Shown here one piece after another: positions 44,749 to 53,679 of a stretch of 64,000 bases of DNA. Position 1 is the stretch's first letter, and every line of letters begins with the position of its first letter. Origin of the DNA: Elusimicrobiota bacterium (GTDB taxonomy: Bacteria > Elusimicrobiota > Elusimicrobia > UBA1565 > UBA9628). Under the pieces are notes generated by a model that did not search any database, was not told the origin of the DNA, and was given only the letters and a program-made list of their open reading frames with translations. The stretch is taken from NCBI GenBank assembly GCA_027452025.1, contig DAIDHI010000044.1, positions 1,493 to 65,492 of the forward strand, read 5' to 3'. Position numbers and translations under genes: made by a program.

Positions 44749-46244
44749 TCGAGCTTGCTCTCGTATAGATCGCAGGCCAGGCCCAGGCTTTTGGCGAGCT
44801 TGGCCGCGCGGCGGCAGCGATCGACTCGGATCTCGTGGGTGTTCGAACCGTCGGGAAGGGCCCAGCGGGTCCTGTCCGCCACGGGCGCCGCTATGCCGTA
44901 GGCGCGCGGGCGCACATCCAGGTCGCTGCCCAGCGCCATTTCGGAGAAGGAGATGCTGACCCGGGTGACGTGCTCGGCGTTTCGACGAAGGAAGTCGAAC
45001 GTTTTCTGGACGTCCTTTTCGGTCTCGCCGGGGAAGCCGAACTGGAGATAAAGCTGCGTCCCGATCCCGGCTTTTCGAGTGTTCCGAATGACGGCCTCGG
45101 CATCCTGGATCGAGAATCTCTTGGCCATCGCATCCACGACCTTTTGGCTCGCGCTTTCCAACCCATAGGACAGCCTGACGCATCCGGACGCCCTCAGTTT
45201 TTTCAGCACCGCCGGCGTCATGGTCGGGTGCAGAATGGCCATGCCGGACCAGAAGAAGGCGCCCTTCTCTCCGAGCTTGGCCAGCCGCTCCAAACGCCAG
45301 GAGGCCAGCAAATCGGCCAGCTTGGCCAGCCGCGCGATGTTCCCGTTGACCAAAGAGTCGCTGAAATCGATGAAGCGCCGCTCCGGGAAATTGCGCAGCG
45401 CGTTCTGGACTTCCAGCAGGCTCCTTTCCGGGCTCATGGCCGCAAAGCGCTTCTGCTGCAAAAAATGGGTGCAAAATCGGCAGCGCCGGAAGCAGCTCCT
45501 GACGGTATTGAGGTAGATGCGATCGCCCTCGTAATCCTCCATCGGGAAGCCGCCAAAATCCAGGAAGGGCAGGGAGTCGATGGGCTCATCCCACGCGGCC
45601 TCGCCTCCGTCCAGAACGCGGCTGCCGCGCTTCAAGATCACTCCGGGGATCAAAGGCATATCGCGGCCCCGAAGCTCGGAGCGGGCGCGCATCAGCCTGG
45701 GAAAGGAATCGTCGGCCTCGCCGGACACGACGGCATCGACGCTGGGCTCGCGGATGTATTCTCCGGCGCGGCACTGCCTCAGGCAGTCCGGGCCGCCGAA
45801 GACCACGAAGCACCCGGGCTTTCGCCGCTTGATCTCGCCGGCCAGGGCGAGGCTCCATTTTCGCGTGTAGCTCAAGACGCAGAACGCCGCCACGTCGGGC
45901 TCGGACTCAAGGATCTTATCCGCCTCCCGCTCCAAGAAGGTCTCCACGAGGCGGGGATTGGCCTTGAGCGCCTCGTGATACTCGTCATGAGCGCAAAAGG
46001 TTCGTTTGAGGGCCGCGGAAAGGGCCTTGCGCACGCGCGTGCTCGAATCGACGATCACGGGCGGGAAGCCGGCTTTTTTCGAGTGCGCCTGAAGCAAAGC
46101 CAGGCCGTTGGACGGCGTGATCCAGTCGTAGGAAGGCGGCTGAATCAGGGTCAGCCGCGCGTTATCGCCGGGCACGAGATACCTCCGAGGAACTGAAACG
46201 CCACGGAAGGGAAATGATAATAATTTAAGCCTGCCCCTCGCCAC
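44742..46244 (-). CDS. B12-binding-domain radical SAM protein (class B), paralog 2
   Basis: Collinear with the 42267-43730 protein; CxxxCxxC = SCFRRCRFCTH; shared GMAILHPTMTPA and GFPGETE blocks. Convergent 7-nt overlap with the GT2 at 43930-44748. Confidence 0.8.
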   Translation of the reverse strand: MARGRLKLLSFPFRGVSVPRRYLVPGDNARLTLIQPPSYDWITPSNGLALLQAHSKKAGFPPVIVDSSTRVRKALSAALKRTFCAHDEYHEALKANPRLVETFLEREADKILESEPDVAAFCVLSYTRKWSLALAGEIKRRKPGCFVVFGGPDCLRQCRAGEYIREPSVDAVVSGEADDSFPRLMRARSELRGRDMPLIPGVILKRGSRVLDGGEAAWDEPIDSLPFLDFGGFPMEDYEGDRIYLNTVRSCFRRCRFCTHFLQQKRFAAMSPERSLLEVQNALRNFPERRFIDFSDSLVNGNIARLAKLADLLASWRLERLAKLGEKGAFFWSGMAILHPTMTPAVLKKLRASGCVRLSYGLESASQKVVDAMAKRFSIQDAEAVIRNTRKAGIGTQLYLQFGFPGETEKDVQKTFDFLRRNAEHVTRVSISFSEMALGSDLDVRPRAYGIAAPVADRTRWALPDGSNTHEIRVDRCRRAAKLAKSLGLACDLYESKLDY

Positions 46245-46306
46245 GCAAGCCGAGATGCCTCCGAGCTTCCGCCCCCGGCCCGGGCAATAAGCTACAATCC
46301 CGGCCG

Positions 46307-47110
46307 ATGGCCCCCCGAGCGCGGCGCCTGGCGAGCATCATCGTCCCGTGCTGGAACAATCTAGAGCATACCCGCCGCTGCGCGGCGAGCATTCTCGAGA
46401 AGACCCAAGCGCCCTTTGAGCTGATTTTCGTCGACAACGGCTCGACCGACGGCACCGGGGCCTACCTCAAGGCGCTCAGCCGCGAAACCGGCGCGCGGGT
46501 CCTTGCCAATCGCCGCAATCTGGGGTTCGGCCCCGCGATCAACCAAGGCATGCGGGCGGCCGCCGGCGCCTACCTCGTCTGGCTCAACAACGACGCCGTC
46601 GTCACCACGGGCTGGCTCGAGCGCCTCAGCGACTGCGCCGAGCGCTCTTCGTCGACGGGAGCGGTCGGCCCCCACGTCAATTCGGACGGGCTGCCTCCAA
46701 GCCGTCCGCGCTCGACTCCGGAGCAGATCGCGGCCCTCCTCGCGATGAAGAAAAATCGACGCTCGCGGGTCGTGCCCTGGCTCACAGGCTTCTGCCTGCT
46801 GCTCAAGCGGCGGGCCGCGGAGCAGGTGGGCCTTCTGGACGAACGCTTTCGCATGGGAACCTTCGAGGACTACGATTACTGCCTGCGGCTGCGGCAGGCC
46901 GGCTATCGCGTCGTCCTGGCCGAGGACGCGTACGTCCACCACCACTGGCACGGGTCGCTGACGTCGCTTAAAGGTCATGGGCGCCTCACCGCGGCCAACC
47001 GCCGACTTTTTGTCGACAAGTGGTGCCGCGTGTTCCTGGACTCGCTGGCGGGCGCCCAGCCCATCCAAGCGCTCGAAGACCCCTTTTGGACCCCTCGCGT
47101 CGGGAAATGA
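46307..47110 (+). CDS. Family-2 glycosyltransferase
   Basis: SIIVPCWNNLEHTRRC...FVDNGSTDGT...FEDYDYCLR. Confidence 0.8.
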   Translation: MAPRARRLASIIVPCWNNLEHTRRCAASILEKTQAPFELIFVDNGSTDGTGAYLKALSRETGARVLANRRNLGFGPAINQGMRAAAGAYLVWLNNDAVVTTGWLERLSDCAERSSSTGAVGPHVNSDGLPPSRPRSTPEQIAALLAMKKNRRSRVVPWLTGFCLLLKRRAAEQVGLLDERFRMGTFEDYDYCLRLRQAGYRVVLAEDAYVHHHWHGSLTSLKGHGRLTAANRRLFVDKWCRVFLDSLAGAQPIQALEDPFWTPRVGK

Positions 47111-47176
47111 GGGAGGGCACCCCTGGCCGCCCGCGAAATTCGATAAAATAAAAAAACCCATGGCCCACGACGACAG

Positions 47177-47983
47177 ATGAGCGGCGAAGTCCTGGCCCCC
47201 GCCACCGCGCGGAAAGACCCGCCGAAAGCGTTTCCCTACTGGAATCTCCTCTACGAGATGACGCGCTGCGAGTTCAAGCTGCGCGACCAAGGGACCGCCT
47301 TGGGCTTCTTCTGGACCTTGCTCAATCCGGCGATCCAGTTCGCCGTGATGTACGAGCTCTTCACCAAATGGATGGGCTCGCAGGTCCCCAACTACGCTCT
47401 TTATCTGATCATCGGCCTTTTGCAATGGGGATTTTTCGCCAACGGGACGTGCATGGCCCTGATGAGCCTGCGCGCCAAGCAGGGCATCGCCCAGGGCTTC
47501 AAGTTCCCTCGCGAGATCATCGTCCTTTCCACGATCGGGACCATCCTCTGGTCGCACCTGCTCGAGCTCTCGATCGTGCTGGCGTTCCTGCTCCTGTTCA
47601 CCCACACGCTGTCGTGGACCTGGATCTATGTGCCTCTGCTCATCGCCATCGAGGTGCTGTGGACGGCGGGAATATCTCTTTTCCTGGCGCGCTGGGCGGT
47701 GGAGTTCCGGGACCTCGACCGCATCTGGTCGATCCTGATGCAGGCCGGCTTTTTCGTCACGCCCGTTTTCTATCCTCTAAAGATCATCGCCAAGAGCAAG
47801 CGCTTCTGGCTGGAGCTCAACCCCCTGGTCCACATCATGGACGGCATGCGCGCGTGCCTCCTGCGCAACCAGACTCCGCCCGACTGGATCGTGGCCCTGC
47901 TGGTCGTCGGAGGCGGCGGCCTGATGTACGGCGGCCTGCTGTGGTTTCGGGCTCATGAGGGGACCATCGTGGACCACCTCTGA
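47177..47983 (+). CDS. wzm: ABC-2 type polysaccharide/polyol-phosphate exporter permease (Wzm/TagG/KpsM-like)
   Basis: Six TM helices and an ABC-2 family signature. Confidence 0.8.
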   Translation: MSGEVLAPATARKDPPKAFPYWNLLYEMTRCEFKLRDQGTALGFFWTLLNPAIQFAVMYELFTKWMGSQVPNYALYLIIGLLQWGFFANGTCMALMSLRAKQGIAQGFKFPREIIVLSTIGTILWSHLLELSIVLAFLLLFTHTLSWTWIYVPLLIAIEVLWTAGISLFLARWAVEFRDLDRIWSILMQAGFFVTPVFYPLKIIAKSKRFWLELNPLVHIMDGMRACLLRNQTPPDWIVALLVVGGGGLMYGGLLWFRAHEGTIVDHL

Positions 47984-47985
47984 TC

Positions 47986-48759
47986 ATGGACCGGACGATC
48001 CTCCGCCTCAAGGACGTAGGCAAGCGCTTCTACCTGACGACGCGCTCCGAAAGGACGGTGTTCAAGACGTTCATGCGCCACCTCACGGGCCAGGAAGGCC
48101 AGCGGGAACTCTGGGCCCTGCGCGGTGTCAACCTGGACGTGGCGGAAGGAGAGGTCCTGGGCGTCATCGGCGCCAATGGAGCCGGCAAGAGCACGCTGCT
48201 CTCGATCATGGCCGGCATCATGGACCCTACCGAAGGGACCGTCGAGCGCGAAAAGGAGGTCCGCACTCCTTTTCTGGGCCTTGGCGCCGGCATGCAGCCC
48301 GAACTCGGCCTCGAGGACAACATCCGGCTCTGCTCGGCCCTGCTCGGCCTGTCGCGCAAGGACTGCGACGAGCGCCTGGAGAAGATCCTCGCTTTCGGAG
48401 GGCTGGAGCCCTACCGCCATGCCAAGCTCAGCGAGCTGTCCTCCGGCTATCAGATGCGCGTGGCGTTTGCGACGGCGTTCCACACCGACTCCGATTTCCT
48501 GATCATCGACGAGAGCATGGCGGCCGGCGACATGCAATTCAAGGAGAAGTGCATGCGCAAGTTCGAGGAATACCTCGCCCAAAAGAAGACCATCGTGCTG
48601 GTCAGCCACGAGATGGGCGCCATCCGCGAGATCTGCGGACGCTGCCTCTATTTGCGCGACGGCCGCCAAGTCGCCCTGGGGCCGACCGACGAGGTGGCGC
48701 TGCTTTACGAGCAGGATTGCGCCGCGAAGATCGCGGCGCAAACGCCCGAAGGGGCATGA
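47986..48759 (+). CDS. wzt: ABC transporter ATP-binding protein (Wzt/TagH/KpsT-like, short form without a C-terminal carbohydrate-binding domain)
   Basis: Walker A GANGAGKST, LSGG variant LSSGYQMR, Walker B LIIDE; 2 nt after the wzm stop. Confidence 0.85.
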   Translation: MDRTILRLKDVGKRFYLTTRSERTVFKTFMRHLTGQEGQRELWALRGVNLDVAEGEVLGVIGANGAGKSTLLSIMAGIMDPTEGTVEREKEVRTPFLGLGAGMQPELGLEDNIRLCSALLGLSRKDCDERLEKILAFGGLEPYRHAKLSELSSGYQMRVAFATAFHTDSDFLIIDESMAAGDMQFKEKCMRKFEEYLAQKKTIVLVSHEMGAIREICGRCLYLRDGRQVALGPTDEVALLYEQDCAAKIAAQTPEGA

Positions 48760-48850
48760 ACTCGTTGCCCGGCCGCTACTCGTCCTTCATGGGAATACTG
48801 TTATAATTAACGCGCTTGCCAAACATCCCGTCCCCAACCAAGGTGAACCC

Positions 48851-51049
48851 ATGATCGCCACTCGCCTGCGCAACACCCCCGTGGCTGCGGCAGCGGTTTT
48901 GATGTGGGTCTCCTGCGCGCCGTGCCTCGCCTCCGCTCCGATTCAGCCAAGCCCGGCGGCGCCGATCGTCGGCCAGATGGTGGCCCATATCCTCGAAGTC
49001 GACCACTACGCCCACCATCCCCTCGACGAAAAGACGTCTGAAAATTTCCTCAAGACCTACCTCGACACCTTCGATTACAACCGGATGTTCTTCACGAAAG
49101 CCGATATCGACGAGTTCGGGGCGCGCTACGGCAAGACGCTGTGCGACCGTCTAAAGGAAGGAGACGTCTCGCCCGCCTTCGACATCTTCGGCCGCTTCAT
49201 GACCCGGCTGCAGCAGCGCGAGGCCTGGGTCGAGAAGCTCACTTCGTCCACCTTCGATTTCGGCGCCAACGAGAGCATGGTCATCGACCGCCACGATCTG
49301 CCCTGGCCGGCCAACGAGAAGGAGGCGCAGGAGCTGTGGCGCCAGAGGGTCAAATACGAGATCCTGCAGGAAAAGCTCAACGGCACCAAGCCCGCCGACC
49401 AAGCCAAGAACGTCGACTCGCGCTACAAGCGCCTGCTGCAGAGCTATCAGGAGTTCGACTCCAGCGACATCATGCAGGCCTACCTGACGTCGCTGACCCA
49501 CACCTTCGACCCGCACTCCGACTACATGGCGGCGGCCCAAAAGGAGAATTTCGACATCAGCATGCGCCTGTCGCTCGTCGGCATCGGCGCCGTCCTGCGC
49601 GAGGGGGACGGCTACGCCCGCATCGTCTCGCTGGTGCCGGGCGGCCCGGCCGACAAGGACAAGCGGCTCAAGCCCAACGACAAGATCGAGGCCGTGGCTC
49701 AAGGCGACGGGCCTTGGGTAGACGCCGTGGGCATGAAGCTCGACCGGCTCGTGGAGCTCATTCGGGGCGAGAAAGGCACCGTCGTGCGCCTCAAGGTCAT
49801 CCCCAACGACGCCATCGATCCGTCCACGCGGGTCATCATCCCGCTCGTGCGCGACGAGATCAAGCTCACCGACCAGGAAGCCAAGGCCGAGATCATCAAC
49901 CTGCCGGCCAACGGCCGCGACTTCAAGATCGGCGTCATCGACCTGCCGTCGTTCTACGCCGACATGAAGACCGTCATCGATCCCAAGAGCACGACGCGCG
50001 ACGTCGAGAAGCTCATCGTCGGGCTCAAGAAGCGCGGCATAGACGGCCTCATCATGGACATCCGCCGCAACGGCGGCGGCTCGCTCTCCGAGGCGGTGGC
50101 CCTGACCGGGCTGTTCATTCCGGAGGGGCCCGTCGTGCAGGTCAAAGACGCCCACGGGCTCATCAAGGTCCTGCGCGACACCGACGCCGGGGAGCTCTAC
50201 GGCGGCCCGATGATCGTGCTGACCAGCCATGCCTCGGCCTCCGCGTCGGAGATCTTCTCCGGCGCCCTCCAGGACTACGGCCGGGCCCTGGTCGTGGGCG
50301 AAAAGAGCACCTTCGGCAAGGGCACGGTGCAGTCGATCATCGACCTGTCCCAGTACCTGCCGGCGGCGCTCAAGGACTTCGACCCCGGGGCGGTCAAGCT
50401 CACGATCCAGAAGTTCTACCGCATCTCCGGAGGCTCGACCCAGAACCGCGGCGTCATCCCCGACGTCCAGCTTCCCTCGATCGACGACTACCTCGACATC
50501 GCCGAGAAGGCGCTGCCCAACGCCATGCCTTACGACGAAGTCGAGCCCGCGCAGTACGCTCGCGTGGATTACTTCACCACGCCGCAGCTCAAGGACCTGG
50601 CGCGCCTGTCGGCCCAGCGCGTCGACGCCTCGCGCGAATTCCAATGGGTGCGCGAGGACATCGCCCGCTACAAGAAGCAGAAGCAGGACAAGACGATCTC
50701 GTTGAACCTGGCCAAGCGCCTGGCCGACAAGAAGGCCGACGAGGCGCGGGAGACGGAACGCAAGAAGGAGCGGCTGGCCATGCATGAGAAGCCTCTGGTC
50801 GCCCGGGAGATCACGCTCGAGTCCCTCGACGGCACCGCGCCGCCGGCGGTGTCCACGGCCGCGGTGATGATGCCGCACGACGACGACGACCAAGCGGATT
50901 CGGGCTCCGACTACAAGAAGGCGCCTCCGCCCCCCGATTTCGTGCTCGAGGAGACGGCCCACATCCTCGCCGACATGATCGCGCCTCCCAGCGGCACGGC
51001 CACGGCGGGAACCGTCAGGCCGGTCAGCTCGAAACAAACGCCCGAGTGA
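48851..51049 (+). CDS. prc: Tail-specific (C-terminal processing) protease, S41 family with a PDZ domain
   Basis: Signal peptide, a PDZ domain, and an S41 catalytic Ser/Lys region in a long Prc-type architecture. Confidence 0.88.
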   Translation: MIATRLRNTPVAAAAVLMWVSCAPCLASAPIQPSPAAPIVGQMVAHILEVDHYAHHPLDEKTSENFLKTYLDTFDYNRMFFTKADIDEFGARYGKTLCDRLKEGDVSPAFDIFGRFMTRLQQREAWVEKLTSSTFDFGANESMVIDRHDLPWPANEKEAQELWRQRVKYEILQEKLNGTKPADQAKNVDSRYKRLLQSYQEFDSSDIMQAYLTSLTHTFDPHSDYMAAAQKENFDISMRLSLVGIGAVLREGDGYARIVSLVPGGPADKDKRLKPNDKIEAVAQGDGPWVDAVGMKLDRLVELIRGEKGTVVRLKVIPNDAIDPSTRVIIPLVRDEIKLTDQEAKAEIINLPANGRDFKIGVIDLPSFYADMKTVIDPKSTTRDVEKLIVGLKKRGIDGLIMDIRRNGGGSLSEAVALTGLFIPEGPVVQVKDAHGLIKVLRDTDAGELYGGPMIVLTSHASASASEIFSGALQDYGRALVVGEKSTFGKGTVQSIIDLSQYLPAALKDFDPGAVKLTIQKFYRISGGSTQNRGVIPDVQLPSIDDYLDIAEKALPNAMPYDEVEPAQYARVDYFTTPQLKDLARLSAQRVDASREFQWVREDIARYKKQKQDKTISLNLAKRLADKKADEARETERKKERLAMHEKPLVAREITLESLDGTAPPAVSTAAVMMPHDDDDQADSGSDYKKAPPPPDFVLEETAHILADMIAPPSGTATAGTVRPVSSKQTPE

Positions 51050-51097
51050 CGCTGGCCGCCTCGTTGCGGCGACCAGGGCGAGGACAGAGGTGCGGCA

Positions 51098-53635
51098 GTG
51101 AATCCGGAGCAATGGACGACTAAGTCGCAGGAAGCGGTGGCGCGCGCCCAGCGCGCCGCCGAGGAACGGGGCCACCAGGAGATCGCCGAGGAGCATCTGC
51201 TCGACGCCCTGCTTTCGCAGCCCGAGGGCGTGGTCCCGGAGGCTCTGCGCAAGGCCGGGGTCGACCCGGCCGCCGCGCGCGCCGCGATCGACCAGGAACT
51301 CTCCAAGCGCCCGCAGGTCAGCGGCGGCGAGCGCTATCCGTCCCAGGGCCTGACCCGCGCCCTGCGCCTGGCCGAGGACCGCATGAAGGCCATGAAGGAC
51401 GAATTCTTGTCCGTCGAGCACCTCCTTCTCGGCATCCTCGACAACGCCGGCGGCGCGGCGCGGGTCCTGGCCAAGTTCGGCCTGACGCCCGACAAAGTCC
51501 TCTCGGCGCTGACTTCGATCCGCGGCGCCCAGCGAGTCACTTCCGCCGAGCCGGAAGGGACCTTCCAGGCCCTCGAGAAGTACGGGCGCGACCTGACGGC
51601 CCTGGCGCGCCGCGGCAAGCTCGACCCCGTCATCGGCCGAGACTCGGAAATCCGGCGCGTCATCCAGGTGCTCTCGCGCCGCACGAAGAACAACCCCGTC
51701 TTGATCGGCGAGCCCGGCGTCGGCAAGACCGCCATCGTCGAGGGCTTGGCGCAGCGCATCGTCGCCGGCGACGTGCCGGAAGGGCTCAAGGACAAGCGCG
51801 TCGTCGCGCTCGATCTCGGCGCCCTCATCGCCGGGGCGAAGTTTCGCGGAGAGTTCGAGGAGCGCCTCAAGGCGGTCTTGAAGGAAGTCTCCGCTCAGGA
51901 AGGCCAGATCATCCTCTTCATCGACGAGCTGCACACGCTGGTGGGCGCGGGCTCCGCGGAAGGAGCCATCGACGCGGCCAACATGCTAAAGCCCATGCTC
52001 GCTCGCGGCGAGCTGCGCTGCGTCGGCGCCACGACCCTGGACGAGTACAAGAAGCACATCGAGAAGGACGCGGCTCTCGAGCGCCGCTTCCAGCCCGTCG
52101 TCGTGAGCCCCCCCTCCGTCGAGGACACCATCGCGATCCTGCGCGGCCTCAAGGAGCGCTACGAGGTCCACCACGGCGTGCGCATCAAGGACTCGGCGCT
52201 CATCGCCGCGTCCACGCTCTCCGACCGCTACATTTCCGACCGTTTCCTGCCGGACAAGGCCATCGACCTCATCGACGAGGCCTGCAGCCGCCTGCGCATG
52301 GAGATCGACTCCATGCCCCTGGAACTCGACGAGACGGAGCGGCGCATCCGACAGCTGGAAATCGAGGCCACGGCCCTGCGCAAGGAAAAGGACCCCGGCA
52401 GCGCCGAGCGCCTCAAGGCCATCGAAGGCGAGCTCAAGCGGCTCAAGGACCAGTCCAAAATACTGCGCGCGCATTGGGAGAGCGAAAAATCGATCATCTC
52501 CGACCTGCGCCGCTCCAAGGCCCAGATGGACGAGCTCAGGACGGAGGAAAAGGCCGCGGAGCGCCGCGGGGACCTGACGAGGGCCGCCGAGATCCGCTAC
52601 GGCCGCGTCCCGGAACTGACCAAGCGCGCGGAGCAGCTCCAGGGCAAGCTCGCCGAGCTGCAGGCCAAGCAGCGCCTGCTCAAGGAAGACGTCGACGAGG
52701 AGGACGTGGCCCAGGTCGTCGCGCGCTGGACGGGGGTGCCCATCGAGAAGCTTTTGGAAGGCCAGGCGCAGAAGCTGCTCAAGCTCGAGGAAGTCCTGCA
52801 CGAGCGGGTGGTCGGCCAGGACGAGGCCGTCCGGGCCGTCGCCGAGGCCGTGCGCCGCTCGCGCTCCGGCCTCGCCGACCCCAACCGTCCCATCGGAGTC
52901 TTTCTCCTCATGGGCCCGACGGGCGTCGGCAAGACGGAGCTTGCCCGCGCCTTGGCCGAGCTGCTTTTCGACGACGAGCGCAACATGGCGCGCATCGACA
53001 TGTCGGAATACATGGAGAAGCACGCCGTCAGCCGGCTCGTCGGCGCGCCCCCGGGCTACGTCGGCTACGAAGAGGGCGGCCAGCTCACCGAGGCCGTGCG
53101 GCGCAAGCCCTACTGCGTGGTGCTGCTCGACGAGATCGAGAAGGCCCACCCCGACGTCTTCAACATCCTCCTGCAGATCTTCGAGGACGGCCGCCTCACC
53201 GATGGGCAGGGCCGCACGGTGAACTTCCGAAACACCCTCGTCCTCATGACGTCGAACCTGGATCCGGCCGACCTCAAGACGCGCTTCCGCCCGGAGTTCC
53301 TCAACCGGATCGACGAGACGCTGATCTTCCATCCGCTCGACGAGAAAGACCTGCGCAAGATCGTCGACATCCAGCTCGCGCGCGTGCTCGCCCGGCTCAA
53401 AGACCGCCGCATCGCCGTGCTCATCGAGGACGGGGCCAAGGATTACCTGGCCAAGCAGGGCTACGACCCGTCTTATGGAGCGCGGCCGCTCAAGCGCGCT
53501 ATCCAGAAGCTCCTCGTCGACCCCCTGGCCCGGATGCTCCTGACCGGCGAGGTGCGCGACGGCGACGCCATCGAGGTCTCGACGAGCAAGGGCGGCCTGG
53601 TCTTCAAGTCGGCCCGCAAGTCCAAGGCGGCGTAA
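51098..53635 (+). CDS. clpB: ATP-dependent chaperone ClpB
   Basis: Two AAA+ modules, a long middle coiled-coil and N-terminal Clp_N repeats; GTG start. Confidence 0.95.
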   Translation: MNPEQWTTKSQEAVARAQRAAEERGHQEIAEEHLLDALLSQPEGVVPEALRKAGVDPAAARAAIDQELSKRPQVSGGERYPSQGLTRALRLAEDRMKAMKDEFLSVEHLLLGILDNAGGAARVLAKFGLTPDKVLSALTSIRGAQRVTSAEPEGTFQALEKYGRDLTALARRGKLDPVIGRDSEIRRVIQVLSRRTKNNPVLIGEPGVGKTAIVEGLAQRIVAGDVPEGLKDKRVVALDLGALIAGAKFRGEFEERLKAVLKEVSAQEGQIILFIDELHTLVGAGSAEGAIDAANMLKPMLARGELRCVGATTLDEYKKHIEKDAALERRFQPVVVSPPSVEDTIAILRGLKERYEVHHGVRIKDSALIAASTLSDRYISDRFLPDKAIDLIDEACSRLRMEIDSMPLELDETERRIRQLEIEATALRKEKDPGSAERLKAIEGELKRLKDQSKILRAHWESEKSIISDLRRSKAQMDELRTEEKAAERRGDLTRAAEIRYGRVPELTKRAEQLQGKLAELQAKQRLLKEDVDEEDVAQVVARWTGVPIEKLLEGQAQKLLKLEEVLHERVVGQDEAVRAVAEAVRRSRSGLADPNRPIGVFLLMGPTGVGKTELARALAELLFDDERNMARIDMSEYMEKHAVSRLVGAPPGYVGYEEGGQLTEAVRRKPYCVVLLDEIEKAHPDVFNILLQIFEDGRLTDGQGRTVNFRNTLVLMTSNLDPADLKTRFRPEFLNRIDETLIFHPLDEKDLRKIVDIQLARVLARLKDRRIAVLIEDGAKDYLAKQGYDPSYGARPLKRAIQKLLVDPLARMLLTGEVRDGDAIEVSTSKGGLVFKSARKSKAA

Positions 53636-53679
53636 CCAAGCCGGTTTAGGCCTGGCGCCGGCTTTGCTAGAATGGCGCC

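Noticed and set aside
44271-44768. Small plus-strand ORFs inside the GT2 gene (43930-44748)
   Set aside because: Alternative frames of a gene with clear GT2 motifs.
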